Positions 32,402-45,600 of a DNA stretch of 64,000 nt are shown here, in pieces. The notes under the pieces were generated by a model, which worked only from the letters and a program-made list of their open reading frames with translations, ran no database searches and was not told the origin of the DNA. Made by a program: the position numbers and the translations under genes. The stretch covers positions 26,536,001 to 26,600,000 of the forward strand of contig JBHGNT010000002.1 of NCBI GenBank assembly GCA_043228905.1. Reading direction: 5' to 3'. This DNA comes from Azolla caroliniana (Eukaryota; Plantae; Polypodiophyta). Positions within the stretch are counted from its first letter, which is position 1; every line of letters starts with the position of its first letter.

Positions 32402-35189
32402 TTAGCCTTCGTCCAAAATATCCAGAATACTTTGCTCCAGGGTATCCAATGGTTCTTCGGAACTCTGTTGTTGTTGTTGTGGGTGATGTTGCAGTGGCTC
32501 TGGCTCCTCCGACTATTGCTCCTTAGATGTCGTTTGTTCGACTCCCGGTACCGGCGGTTGTGGCGGTGATTCCTCAGTTAGTTGCTCTGCTGGATTTGAC
32601 TCCGGTTGACTCGCCCTAGCCTTGTCTCCGTCCGGTCCTTGCTTCGGTGATGGCTCCTCATCGCTGAGGTTGACGGTCGCCGCCTGCTTTGCTTCTTCTC
32701 CCCGTAGCCTGGTCCGCTCATAACTTTCAAACTGGATTTGAGCATCCAGTCCATCATCGTCTAGATGTGCTACCAATTGCCGGACCACTGCTGACTATTC
32801 CTCTGCCAGAGTTACAAAATCTTCGGCTAACTCATCTCTTACGGCAGTGAAGTCCTCCATTGTTAGTATGTAGCAGTCGTCGCCATCCTTCTGCCGGTTT
32901 TCCGTGTCCGCCCTTAGCAACTGGAGCTCGGCTGTGTGTTTTGCCCATTTGTCCCACCATTGCGCGGAGCTTTCGTCAATCAAGCATTTTGTCTTGTTCC
33001 TCCATGCCTAAACGATGAACTGGATCCTCTCCAATCCCATCTTTGATTTGTCCTCCACGGCTTGCCGTTCGTCCTTCAATTGCTTGATCAACGCCACCGT
33101 ATTCGCCTCCTGCTCCTTGTAATGTGACAATTGGTTTTGATAGGTGTTCTGCAACCTCTGCAATACCATTGTCGCTCTTTCTTTCTCTTCATAATGCTGC
33201 TTATGGAGCTCCATACGTTCTTGCGCGGCTTCCTCCAATAGCGTGGTTCTTTCAACCCGTTCCTCTGCTAGCGCCGTCTCAGCTCGATGCACCTCCTACC
33301 AGAGCTCTACCATCTTCTCATGCTGTTTCTAATGCTCCGTATCTAGGTGCTTGTAGTCTTGGTGCAGGTGCTCAAAATCATCGGTCTTCTGATTCAGCTT
33401 TTGGTTGAGTTGCCGACGAGCGTGGTCTTCCCGATCCTTCTGTTGACGGAGTTCTTCTTTAAGTCTTTCGATCTCTGTTTCCGCCATCCATCGCAGCTTA
33501 TCCTTTTCTTGCAGCGCCTTCTCTTTCTCCTCCTTCAGCCGGTCATATGCCTGATGTCCTTTCCGCAGATTCTCTTCTGCCCGACGGAGGTTCTCAGCAG
33601 TCTTTCTTTGCTCTTCTTTTGCCGCTTTCTTCAAGTCCCCCTCTCGGGTGCGTAATGCTTCCTGTGCGGCCAATTCATCTCTCAATTCAGCAAGCTCTTT
33701 TGCTTGCGCCGCCACTATCTTCGGGACTGGTTCCGTCTTCGGGGTCTTATTGCTATGTACAAGTGCCAATGTTTCTTTATTCTGTACATCTACCGGAGTC
33801 ACTAGTGCTTGGATCAGTGGTCCGGTTAAGGCCATTTTGGCCAATTCTTTTGTGGCCAGGTCCAAGTCTTGTTCTAAGCTCCGGATCCTTGACCGGGCCG
33901 TCTCTAGTTCTCCGGTTGTGACGAGCAACCGGTCCATCTGCGCTTTCTCTTCCGCCTCTATGTAGTGTACCACTCCGGCAATCTGTTCTCCAATCCACCG
34001 GAGCCATTGGCTATCGGTGCCCTGTTGTTGCGTCTGCCCGGAGGGTTGGCTGTTGGTGTCGCCGGCCAGTGGTCGGTTTTGTCTGGTTGCGTCGAGCTGC
34101 AACTTTGTCTCTGGTTGGTGACCACTTTGCCGTTCCGATTCCGGCTCCGTTGGCCGCTTCGCCTTTGATTGCGCTTGCCCTGCTGGTGGGATAGACGATT
34201 GTACTTCCGGCGCTTGCATTTCGGGCCTTGCCGTATCCTGACCCGCTGGTAGAGTTTGTTGTGCAGGGAGCTCTGTGACCGGTTCTGGTTCCATCCTTGG
34301 TGCGGGCTGCTCAGTGTGGGGTACATGCGTTCCATCCTTCTTTGGGTTCGAACGCTTCCCGGCCTGTTCGGAGGTGCTCTAACGGTTCCTCCTCCGCTTC
34401 CTCCTCCTGAGTCCCGATGTTGATTTTTGTTGCCAAGGGGTCCGACGCTTGTTGAACCGGTCGGTGAAGCCTGATCTTGATCGGCCGTGCCGGTGGCTCG
34501 TCCTACGTTTCCGCCTGCCGCTTCCTATTGGCGCGCTCCTTTGCCGCCTGGTCTGTATCGGCCGCCTTCCCTTTGGTTGCCTTAGAAGCCAACAACTGCT
34601 GCCGTTTCGAGGCCGTTTTCGAGGTGCCTTCGGTTGTTCTTCCTCGCTTCGTGGTCTTGACGGGCTCGATAGGTGGGGCCAATAGGGTAAGCCATTGCGC
34701 CATTGCCGTCCATATCTTCCGACCCTCCTTGCCTCTGACAGAGTCGATGGCCGCACAGAGGCCATCCGCAATCAGTACCAGCCAGTCCACCTTCACGCCT
34801 TCATATGTTGCTATGATTAAGCCAGCCCGGTTCTGAGGCATGCACGGGGGTCGAGGGTATACATGTCCAAATTCATGGAGCACACGGGCAATCTCTCGGA
34901 ATAGTGGATCTTCGTCGCCCTGTGTCCGGTAGGCCTTGCTGGCCAGAGAGTATTCCCCAAAATATTTTCGGAGCTGTGCAGGGGTAGGGTTGTCGATAGT
35001 GAAGATGCCCCCCTCCGGAAGGCCAATCAAAGCATGGGTGGCCTCCTCCGTGATTAGTTCCGTGTTGATCTCCTTTACTATCTTCTCCGCCTCCCGGTGC
35101 GGTGGAGCCTCCATGATTGTGAGGAAACCTTCAAACCCGTGTTGCCTTAGCCACTTCTTGGCTGCTTCAGAGAGTGCTTGGCAGTCCAT
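32402..35189 (-). pseudogene. F extra ORF (~930 codons): globular N-terminus plus long coiled coil
   Basis: ORFs 33329-34294, 33008-33292, 32795-32983 and 32513-32788 share one frame separated by single stops and run on to TAA at 32402. ORF 34503-35189 joins via a frameshift. E/K/Q/L/R heptad-rich. Confidence 0.7.
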
Positions 35190-35572
35190 GGCTTCTTCGA
35201 GGTCGATGAGCGCTGGTGAGGGGTGTGTTTGAGGAGGCTGTGTGTGTGGGCTCGCGTTTGCTGATCTTCAATCGCTTGTGCTCGTTTGTGCTCCTTGGTT
35301 CGCGAAATGTGAAGGTTTCTTGTTGCATGTTGCCGCCTTTTTTTTTTTTTTTTGACTCGCACGTGTGCACGTCGTGTACTAAAATAGAATGACGTGCCAT
35401 GTGGCGGCGGTTTAATATCCTATTAATAGCCCACTACGTACCTTTTCAAAGTGCTTGTTCACTCCTTGTTCTTGCATGTGTCCGTTCACCCCTCGCCCTT
35501 GCATGATTTACTTTGATTTGATTTGATTTGATTTGATTTTTTATTTTTATTTTTTTGATAAAAATGGTTTGG

Positions 35573-36810
35573 TTAATTCGCATCCGGTCCCACTGGACCC
35601 TTATCCGGATTGTGGGAGTTGCCGGCTGCTGGACTGCTTGCCGTCACATCGTTCTTGTTGTTTGCCGGCTCGTGCTCCCTCTTACCGGCTTCGCGCTTAC
35701 TGATTGCTAAACGTGTTGCCGTCTCTTCTGACTTACCGGTGTCCGGTTCTGTGTCGACCTTTACTTGTTCAAATGGGTTTCTTGGCATGGGTCCATTGTA
35801 TTGTTTGAGTCGGAACCCATTGACCCATTTACCCAGAACCTCGCCGACGAGTGTCCCTAATTGGTAGGAACCGTTGAACTCACACGTAATCCAGTATGGT
35901 CCGGTCCATCGAAACTGTAGCTTCCCTGACATCTTCCCCATCCGGGTCTGGAATACTAGTACCGGCTTACCGATTCCGAACATCTTTTCGTTCCCTTTCC
36001 GGTGATGATCCACGAATGCCTTCCTTCGCCGCTGCTCTAGTTCTAGGTGCATGATGCTGTCTAGCCGGTGTTCTTCCAATTCGCACAACGCGGCTAACCG
36101 GATAGCTTCTGATTCCTTCTCATTTAGGCGTTCCCGAATCTGTATTCGTAAACTCGGTACCTGGAACTCTACCGGCATCACTGCTTCCAATCCGAATGCT
36201 AGGCGAAACGGTGTTGTGCGGATACTTGTCTTATATGCCGTTCGGTAGGCCCAGAGTGCACTGTGTAGCTTTGTATTCCTCTGCGACCGTACCATCCGTT
36301 GCCATTTCTGTTGTAACTCTAAACAACTCTGCATCTGGAAAGTCATCTTGGACGCCGTCACTGGTTTTGCCGGAATCTAACCGGCTCAAATAATCTGGTA
36401 CCGCATGTTGTATGCCGGGTCGGTGGAATATCTCGAACTCAAATTCTTGTAATAGTAACGTCCACCGGGCCAACTTACTGGTGAGTGATGTTTTGGACAC
36501 CAAGTAAAGGAGCGCCGAAAGATCTACGTGAAAGGAAAATTTCCTTCCCAGCAGATAATGTCTAAACTTGGTGACACTGTAGATCATACCCAAGGCCTCT
36601 CTTTCCGTTGTGGAATAATTACGTTCTGCTTGGGACAGCTTCCGGCTAGCATAATACACTGGCCGGTACCATTTCGGTTCTGTAAGATGCATGAGCGCGC
36701 TCCCGATTGTGATGTCAATCCGGAGGTTGCACCACCGGTGCTTGTGACAACAGTACTTTTAGTGCTTGGTAAGCTTGGTCCTTTGTGTCCGTCCATCGAA
36801 AAGGTGTCCA
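35573..36810 (-). pseudogene. pol: F pol remnants (RT end, RNase H, integrase C-terminus)
   Basis: 'RPVYYASRKLSQAERNYSTTEREALGMIYSVTKFRHYL' and 'LHSALWAYRTAYKTSIRTTPFRLAFG..RWTGPY..VNGFRLK'; internal deletions. Confidence 0.85.
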
Positions 36811-39800
36811 ACACGTTTCGGAGGTTCGTCTGAACCTGATATCAACTGATCGGGCTACACGGGTAGCATCCAGAACGGTGTTATGAAGTTCAGCAAAGGG
36901 AGCTTGATTGTGGCTCGGGCCCGGAAGGTAAACACGCTGTACTTGATGAATGCCCGGTTATGTCCGGAGGAAGTGAACGTGGCATCCGACACTGCCGGTG
37001 AGCTGTGGCACAAGAGGCTGTGTCACATGAGCGAGAAGGGGATGAAGAGGCTTGCAGACGACAACCGCATTCCAGTGAAGAATGTGCACTTGGAGAAGTG
37101 CACTAATTGTCTGGCCGATAAGCAAAACTGGACCTCCTTTCGACCAAGGCCACCGATGAGACGTAATGCACCACTGGAGTTGTTGCATACTGATGTGTGT
37201 CAAGTGGACACGAAGTCACATGCAGGATCGCAGTACTTCGTGACGTTCATAGATGACCACAGTCGGAAGCTGTGGGCCACACTGTTGAAGACGAAGGATC
37301 AGGTGCTATCCGTCTTCAAAGAGCTCCACGCGAGGGTGGAAAGAGAAACCGGCCGGAAGCTGAAGGCGGTTCGAGCAGATAACAGAGGTGAATACCAGGG
37401 GCAGTTCGAGGAGTACTGTCGCTCGAAGGGAATCCGACTCGAATTTACTGTGCCGAAGACGCCGGAACTAAACGGGCTGGCCGAGAGGATGAACTAGACA
37501 GTAATGGAGAGGGCCCGGAGTATGCTGGCGCATGCAAAACTACCCAAGAAGTTTTGGGCTGAGGCACTGTCGACGGCGACATATGTGATAAACAGATCAC
37601 CCTCAGTACCCTTGGACGGAGACACACCACAGAGAGTCTGGACCGGTAAGGAAGTGTCCTACCGGCATCTGAAGGTATTCGGGTGTCTCGTGTACGTGCA
37701 TGTAGCTAAGGACCGAAGAGGAAAGTTGGATCCAAAGACCCGGCCATGCATCTTCCTCGGTTACGGCCACAATGAGTTCGACTACCGAGTGTGGGACCTG
37801 GTCGACAAGAAGGTATTCCGGAGTCGAGATATTATCTTCATGTAGGACAAGATGCTCGCCGACTGGGAGTCAGAGAAGAAGATAATGAACTCCGAGTCGA
37901 CCGGTAAGGATCGATTCTACGATGAGCAGGCCCAACCGGCAAGAGACCGGTTAGCACTCGAGGAACCAGCCGGTTACGGTGAGGATACAGAACCGACAGA
38001 AGAAGAAGTAGAGGAAGCTGAAACCGGAACCGGCGAATACCCCGAATCAGATTCGGATGAAGAGCAAATGGAGGAGCCGGTTATCGAAACCTAGAGACGA
38101 AGATATCCTCTCAGAGAGAGAAGGCCCCCCCGGAGATTCCCAGATGCAGAGCATGTGCTGCTAACCGATGAGGGGGAACCAGAAAGCTTCGAAGAAGCGA
38201 AGGATGACACCCACAGCCGCAAATGGTTAAGTTCCATGCAGAATGAGATGGATTCCCTGCATGAGAACCATACGTACGAATTGGTGGAGTTGCCGAAAGG
38301 AAAACCGGCACTCTGAAACAAGTGGGTGTACAAGTTGAAACCGGGAGATGCCGGCAAACCCCCGAGATACAAAGCCAGGATCGTGGTGAAGGGGTTCTAG
38401 CAGAAGAAGGGCATGGACTTCGATGAGATATTTGCCCCGGTAGTAAAGATAACCTCCATCCGGACGGTGCTGAGTATAGCGGCAAGCATGGACCTCGAGG
38501 TAGAGCAGCTGGACGTGAAGACGACATTCCTTCACGGTGACCTCGAAGAGGAGATCTACATGCAGCAACCAGAAGGATTCGTGGAGAAAGGGAAGGAGCG
38601 CCTGGTTTGCTAGTTGAAGAAGAGCCTGTACGGACTGAAGCAGGCTTCCCAACAATGGTACCGGAAGTTCGACTCCTTCATGGCTGATCAAGGGTACCAC
38701 AAGATGCAGGCCGATCACTACGTGTTTGTGAAGAAGTTCGAAGGAGGCGACTTCTTGATACTCCTTCTGTACGTGGACGACATGTTGATCGTCGGATGGA
38801 ACCAAGCCAGAATAGGGATGCTGAAGAAGGCTTTCAATCGAACTTTCGCGATGAAAGACTTGGGTCTGGAAAGACAGATGCTGGGGATGCATATCATCCG
38901 GAACCGGCCAACGAAGCAAATGTGGCTGTCACAAGAGAAATACGTGACAAAGGTGCTTCAACGGTTCAACATGTTAGAAGCGAAACCGATCGGATCGACA
39001 CTCCCGGCAAATTGCAGATTATCCGGTAAGCAAAGCCTGAAGACGAAAGCAGAGAAGGCTCATATGATGAAGGTTCCATATGCCTCTGCCGTCGAGAGCT
39101 TAATGTACGCAATGGTGTGTACCCGACCGGATATAGGATATGCGGTCGGAGTGGTGAGCCAGTTTATGAGCAATCCCGGCAAGGAGCACTGGAACGCGGT
39201 CAAATGGATACTCTGGTACTTGAAGGGCACTTCAAATATGTGTCTCCGATTCGGCTCTGGTAAACCTCAACTTGACGGTTTTACCGATTTAGACATGTCG
39301 GCTGATGTGGATACCAGCTGGTCTACATCCGGGTATGTAATGACATACACAGAGAGAGCGAGTAGAAGATCGAGAGTTCGCGTTGACGAAGATCCACACG
39401 GCCGAGAACGGGTCAGATATGCTGACCAAAGTACTGATACCCGACAAGCTGGAAGCATGCCGGAAGCGGATCAGACTAGTAAGACATCCCATGCCGGAGT
39501 GAAGGGGGAGTTTGTTAGGAAACAGGTCCCTCCAGATGGGAAGTGAGAAGAGCAGTGTCGGTGAGATTCGGATGAGGAGTACCCAGCTACGGAAGACCCG
39601 GTGAGAACCGGATGAGGAGTACCTGGTAAGAGCCGGATGGTGAAGGCCCGGTGAGAAGTGCTCACCGGATGAAGGGACATATTCGTAAATATGTTTTCTG
39701 AGAGTCCATCGGGGCTATATTTGTAAATAGCCGAAAATTCATATTAGTATAAATATGACTTAGGGCAAACTTAGAATAATAAGTTGTTTTGTCATTCTTG

Positions 39801-40125
39801 TTGGTGCAAGATTAGAGCGCGTAACTGTGTACAGAGAGAGTGAGAGAGAGGAAGAGGTCGTTGCCTTTGTTGTAACTGCCGCCTATGGCGAAGATAGCAA
39901 GCTCGAGGTCGTTGCTTCGGTGTCTTACTATTGTACATTCTAATATAGTGATAGTTTGCAGTCTGTGGGCTGCCGTGGTTTTTCCCTAGTTTGGGTTTTC
40001 CATGTTAACATCCTGTGTACTCTTCTCTTCACCGTGTCGTGCGTTTCATTCCCCGTTTTTCTGTGTATGATTCTAAGCTCGGTTGTGGCCGAGCGTTGTG
40101 CATAGGGAACATGTAGTTCCTGTCA
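36811..40125 (+). mobile_element. Copia I, 5'-truncated, decayed (J/C/K family)
   Basis: IN-RT fragments 36883-39350 with many stops and an RNase H deletion near 39350. PPT GAAGGGGGAG; 3' LTR 39513-40125 homologous to the J LTR. Confidence 0.88.
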
Positions 40126-41002
40126 AAACTGTTGAATGTTCTCCGTTGGTTCCTGCCGGATACTGTAAAATAAGCCTACCATTTCCCGTTGGTCCATCTC
40201 CTTGTGAAAGAAATGCAAAATTTTTGTCTTTAATGTTTCAAACGTGGGATGGTGTTGGGATCTTGTGTTCAGTGCCATCTGGCGGCCGGTCCCTCCAAGG
40301 TCATGCCGAACTCTGCCCTTTTTGAGCATTCCTCTTCGGCTGCATTTAAGCGTTGGGACACATGGTTTGCCTCCCAGGTCTGTTGAAACGCATGGACGTG
40401 GGCTTCCGCGTCCGGATCATCCCGATATTTGGGATATTGGAACGACATATCGTTGTCTGGTGTCGGTACACGGGTTGGTGGTGGTTCCTCCCCCTCTTTC
40501 GGTGTCGGAGGTTTTCCCGGTCCTCTGTCGCCATTAGAGGTCTTTCCTGCTCCTCTTTCAGTGTCAGAGGCTTCTCCTCCTCGACTTCCGGTGCCAGAGG
40601 TTCTAGCCTTGTCAATTTTGGTTCTAGTGTCGGCAAGGTATCTGACTCCTCGTCCTCTAGTCCATCTGGGGTGTTGTTATTGCTGCGGTAGTTCGTCTGT
40701 GCGCTGTATTCCCCATCCGAACTTGATTCAAATGCTGAAAATGCTTCGGATTCGCCTTCGCTCGCTGCCAATGCCTGGAGAAGGGATTCCGCTTCCCGGA
40801 GGCTGCTTAGGCTGCTTCCTTTGTCCGGGTAGTCATTTTGTGGTAACCGAAGTGACTCTTTGGCCACTCTCCGGATCACCTTGGAAAATGAGCGATCCGC
40901 TCTGATTTCTTCTACTGCTTGCTGGAAAGCCTCACGCTTCCTTAGTCGTTCAACAAGTCTCCTTGCTCGCTCCGTAACCGGGTCGTTCATTGGTCGTGTC
41001 AT
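40126..41002 (-). pseudogene. gag: F gag N-terminal part
   Basis: ATG about 55 bp inside the 5' LTR boundary. After a frameshift reads 'TFETLKTKILHFFHK...YSIRQEPTENIQQF', a retrotransposon gag-domain pattern. Confidence 0.7.
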
Positions 41003-42603
41003 CCATTCCTGCCACTGTTCGCTGCGATTGTGCAGGAATCATGGTCACCAAAAACTGTGTTATTCCTTAGGGCTGGACAATGGCCTAACACAGGGTGTCT
41101 ACGGAAGACACTTCACCAAAGGGGTGTTACGGCGAGATAACTTAAGACACAACGATTAATCCGACTTAATTGGCTACTTAGCCATATGGCATTAACTTTA
41201 CACACGCGTAAGATATAACAATTACTACAGAACGGTAATCAATATGTTGTCGAGGTATTCCTCGTGGATGCGTGGAATGAGGCGGGACCTCGGGGGTCTT
41301 GTACCGAAGAGCAAGAGAGAAAGGAGAAGGGAAGGGACCCACTACGTGCGAGCGTAGATCCACAGGGACACGGCCCTTCGACACGAAGACGTGAGCGGGG
41401 AAACCAACACAGAGAGGCACGAAGGTATGTATGTATATATTAACAGAGACAAACAACAAGAAGCACAAAGTCGGTTACAACCGAACAGGCCGGCGAACAG
41501 ATGCCGATGCCTGTTCGCAACGCTCAGAAAGAAAAGAGTAGGTTGGAGGTGTTGCTGGAAGCACTCCGGCATTCCTCAGAGCAGCGCGAGCCTCCCCGAA
41601 AACCTGCACAGAAAGAAGCTACAGAGTATGGAAGAGAGAGAAGCCTTCGGCCGACAACCCGACAACACTTCGTCCTCTCTATCCGCGATCCGTTCCTCCT
41701 CCTCGTTTCCCCCCTTTTGTAGGCAAGAAAGGAGCCGTTTCCCATTAACTCCCTTCCTACCGAATCTACGTACCTAGGATCTTCTATGTTCCTAATTCTC
41801 TCTTATATACAACATAAGGCGTACGTGCACGAAGAGCCGGTTCCTACGCTCCGGTGCACCGATTCCACTTGTGGACGGTTTTCTTCGCGACATCCACCCC
41901 CACCTAACCGCGCATCCACCGGCATGCACCAAATTGAGTTGGGACGGAGAAAACCGGTCCAGCCCTCATTCCTCGCCCGTCGGTTCTTCCTCGGTTTCGG
42001 ATCGTTCGTCGTCCCGGTCCAGGTTAACCGGATCCGGCTCGTCGTCGTGACGCTTCTTGAACGCTTTGATCCGCTTCCCAGCTACCAGTATCGCCATTCT
42101 CGTGCCGTTGAGTTCCGCCAGATGGTACGTCCCGTTGTCGTTGGCGCTTTGTACCACGTAAGGCCCGAACCACCTTTTTGCGAACTTCCGTGTCGCTCAG
42201 TGCTGGTTGTTGAGGCTGCTGTCGTAGACTAGCACCCAGTCGCCTTCCTCGATCTTCTTCGGTCGGAGCCGGTGCGTTCGGTCGAACCGGGCTTTGTTCC
42301 TCGTCCTTGCTTCCCGAAGCTTTCCCGCAGCCCGCTCCACGTCCTCCGGCCTTCACTCGAGCTGACGTATACGCGCCGCTAGCAGTTCCTCCCGGCTCAT
42401 TTCGTCTCTCCAGTCCACGGTTGCCCATGAGGAGATCGTACGTTCCGTCGGCATGATCGGCTTCTGCCCAAACATGAGCTCTGCCGGCATGAATCCGGTT
42501 ACCGAACTGTGCGTAGTTTGGTCAGCCCACAACGCGTAAGGCAGCAGCTGCGGCCAGTTCCCGACTTGCCCACCGCATGCCCGAACTAACGCCTTGACGA
42601 TCG

Positions 42604-45600
42604 TGTCGAGAATCAACGCTCCGATTCACCTTCACCGCTCGGCCACAACCGAGAAATCACGAATCAATGCAGCAGAAAATAGGAAACACAGAGAAAGACA
42701 CGATAACACAGGGATTAACGTGGAAAACCCTATACGGGAAAAACCACGGGAGTGCAAGACTCCAAACCAAAACTATGCACAGAGAAATATACAATGGCGA
42801 GCTGCAAGGCGACGACCTTGAGCTCGCTATCCTCGCCACAGGCGGCGGTATTACACAGAGGCGTCGACCTCTCCCTCTCTCACGCTCTATCTCTCTCACG
42901 GCTGCTCTCTCTTCACTCCTCTTGAGTGGAAAAACAGAAAAATGAGTAGCAACATAAAACTATTTGCCCTAAGTCATATTTATACACATATGACTTAGGG
43001 CTATTTACAACTATAGCCTCAAGGGCCCTTGGCAAACATATTCACAGATATGTCCCCGCATCCGGATCTCTCTCCGGGTACATTCGTCATCCGGCTCCGA
43101 AGTCGGGGTCTTCATCATCCGGTTCCGAAACCGCAACCGGGCTTGTCGTCATTCATCTCCGACATCCGACCATCCCATCCGAAAGGGACCGTAATCCCAA
43201 CAAACTCCCCCTTCACTTCGGCATGGGATGTCTCTCCAATCCGATCCTCTTCCGGCATGCTTCCAGCTTGTCGGGTGTGAGCACCTTGGTCAGCATATCC
43301 GACCCGTTCTCGTTCGTGTGGATCTTCGTCAGCACGAACTCCTTGTCTTCTATCCTTTCCCGTATCCAGTGATATCTTCGCTGGATGTGCTTCGTCCGGG
43401 AGTGATAGGCCGCGTTCTTCGCAAGGTGGATTGCACTCTGACTGTCGCAGTAGAGTCGGTACTCCTGCTGCCGGATACCGAGCTCTCTAATGAAGTCCTT
43501 CATCCATATTATTTCCTTGCCGGCTTCAACAGCCGCCATGTACTCCGCCTCCGTGGTTGACAACGCAACCGTCTTCTGCAGCCTCGACTGCCATGAAACA
43601 GCTCCCCCTGCATACGTCATCACATACCCTGATGTGGACTGGCTGGTATCTGCATCAGCCGACATATCCGAATCGGTGAAGCCGTCGAGTTCGGGCTTAC
43701 CGGAGCCGAATCGGAGGCACACGTTTGCCGTGCCCTTCAGGTATCGGAGTATCCATTTGACCGCGTTCCAATGCTCTTTGCCGGGATTGCTCATGTACCG
43801 GCTCACCACTCCGACTGCATATCCTATGTCCGGTCGGGTACACACCATTGCGTACATCAAGCTCCCGACGGCAGAGGCATATGGTACTTTCATCATGTCC
43901 TCCTTCTCAGCCTTTGTCTTGGGGCTTTGCTTGCTGGACAGCTTGCAGTTTGCCGGGAGTGTTGACCCGACCGGTCTTGCTTCCGACATGTTGAACCGAT
44001 GAAGCACCTTTGTCACGTACTTCTCCTGTGACAACCACAACTGCTTCTTCTTCCGGTCCCGGATGATGTGCATCCCTAGTATTTGCCTCGCCGGACCCAG
44101 GTCCTTCATTGAGAAGGTTCGGTGAAGAGCCTTCTTCAGCATCCGTATCTTGGCCTGGTCCTGTCCGACGATCAACATGTCGTCCACGTACAGGAGGAGT
44201 ATTAGAAAGTCTCCTCCTTCGAACTTCTTCACAAACACGCAGTGATCGGACTGCGTTTTGTGGTACCCTTCGTCTGTCATGAAGGAGTCGAACTTCCGGT
44301 ACCATTGCCGGGGAGCCTGCTTCAAACCGTAGAGGCTCTTCTTCAACCGGCATACCAGGTGCTCCTTCCCTTTCTTCTCGAATCCTTCCGGTTGCTGCAT
44401 GTAGATCTCTTCTTCGAGGTCACCGTGAAGGAATGCCGTCTTCACGTCCATCTGTTCTACCTCGAGGTCCATGCTTGCCGCTATGCTCAGCACCGTCCGG
44501 ATGGAGGTCATCTTCACTACCGGGGCAAATATCTCGTCGAAGTCGACGCCCTTCTTCTGCTGAAACCCCTTCACCATGATCCTGGCTTTGTATCTCGGGG
44601 GTTTTCCGGCATCTCCCGGTTCCAGCTTGAACACCCACTTGTTACGGAGTGCCCGTTTTCCTTTCGGCAACTCCACAAGTTCATATGTGTGGTTCTCATG
44701 CAGGGAATCCATCTCCTCCTGCATAGCACTTAACCACCTGCGGCTATGGGTGTCATGCTTCGCTTCTTCAAAGCTCTCCGGCTCCCCCTCGTCGGTTAGC
44801 AGCACGTGCTCTGGTTCCGGAAATCTCCGGGGAGCCCTTCTCTCTCTTAGAGGATATCTCCGTTCCGGAGCTTCGGTAACCGGTTCTTCCGATTCTTCTT
44901 CATCCGAATCCATTTCGGGATCGGGGCCGGTTCCGGTATCATTTTCAGCTTCTTCGGCCGGTTCTGTTTCTTCACCGTCTTCGGCCGGATCTTCGAGTGT
45001 TAACCGGTCCCTTGCCGGTCGGGACTGCTCCTCGTAGAGTTTATCCTCACCGGTCGACTTGGAGCTCTTCATCTTCTTCTCCGACTCCCAGTCGGCGAGT
45101 GTCTTGTCCTCCATGAAGATGATATCTCGACTCCTGAATATCTTCTTGTCGACCGGGTCCCATACTCGGTAGCCGAACTCGTCGTCGCCGTAACCGAGGA
45201 ATATGCATGGCCGGGTCTTTGGATCTAGCTTTCCTCTCCGGTCCTTTGCCACATGCACGTATGCGAGACACCCGAACACCTTCAGATGCCGGTAGGATAC
45301 TTCCCTACCGGTCCACACTCTCTGCGGCGTGTCTCCGTCCAAAGGTACTGAGGGTGATCTGTTTATCACGTATGTCGTCGTTGACATCGCCTCAGCCCAA
45401 AACCCCTTGGGCAATTCCGCATGCGCCAGCATACTCCGGACCCTCTCCATTATGGTCCGGTTCATCCTCTCGGCCAGCCCGTTCAGTTCCGGCGTCTTCG
45501 GCACAGTAAACTCGAGCCGGATTCCCTTCGAGCGACAGTACTCCGCGAACTGCCCCCCGGTATTCCCCTCCGTTATCCGCTCGTATCGCTTTCAGCTTCT

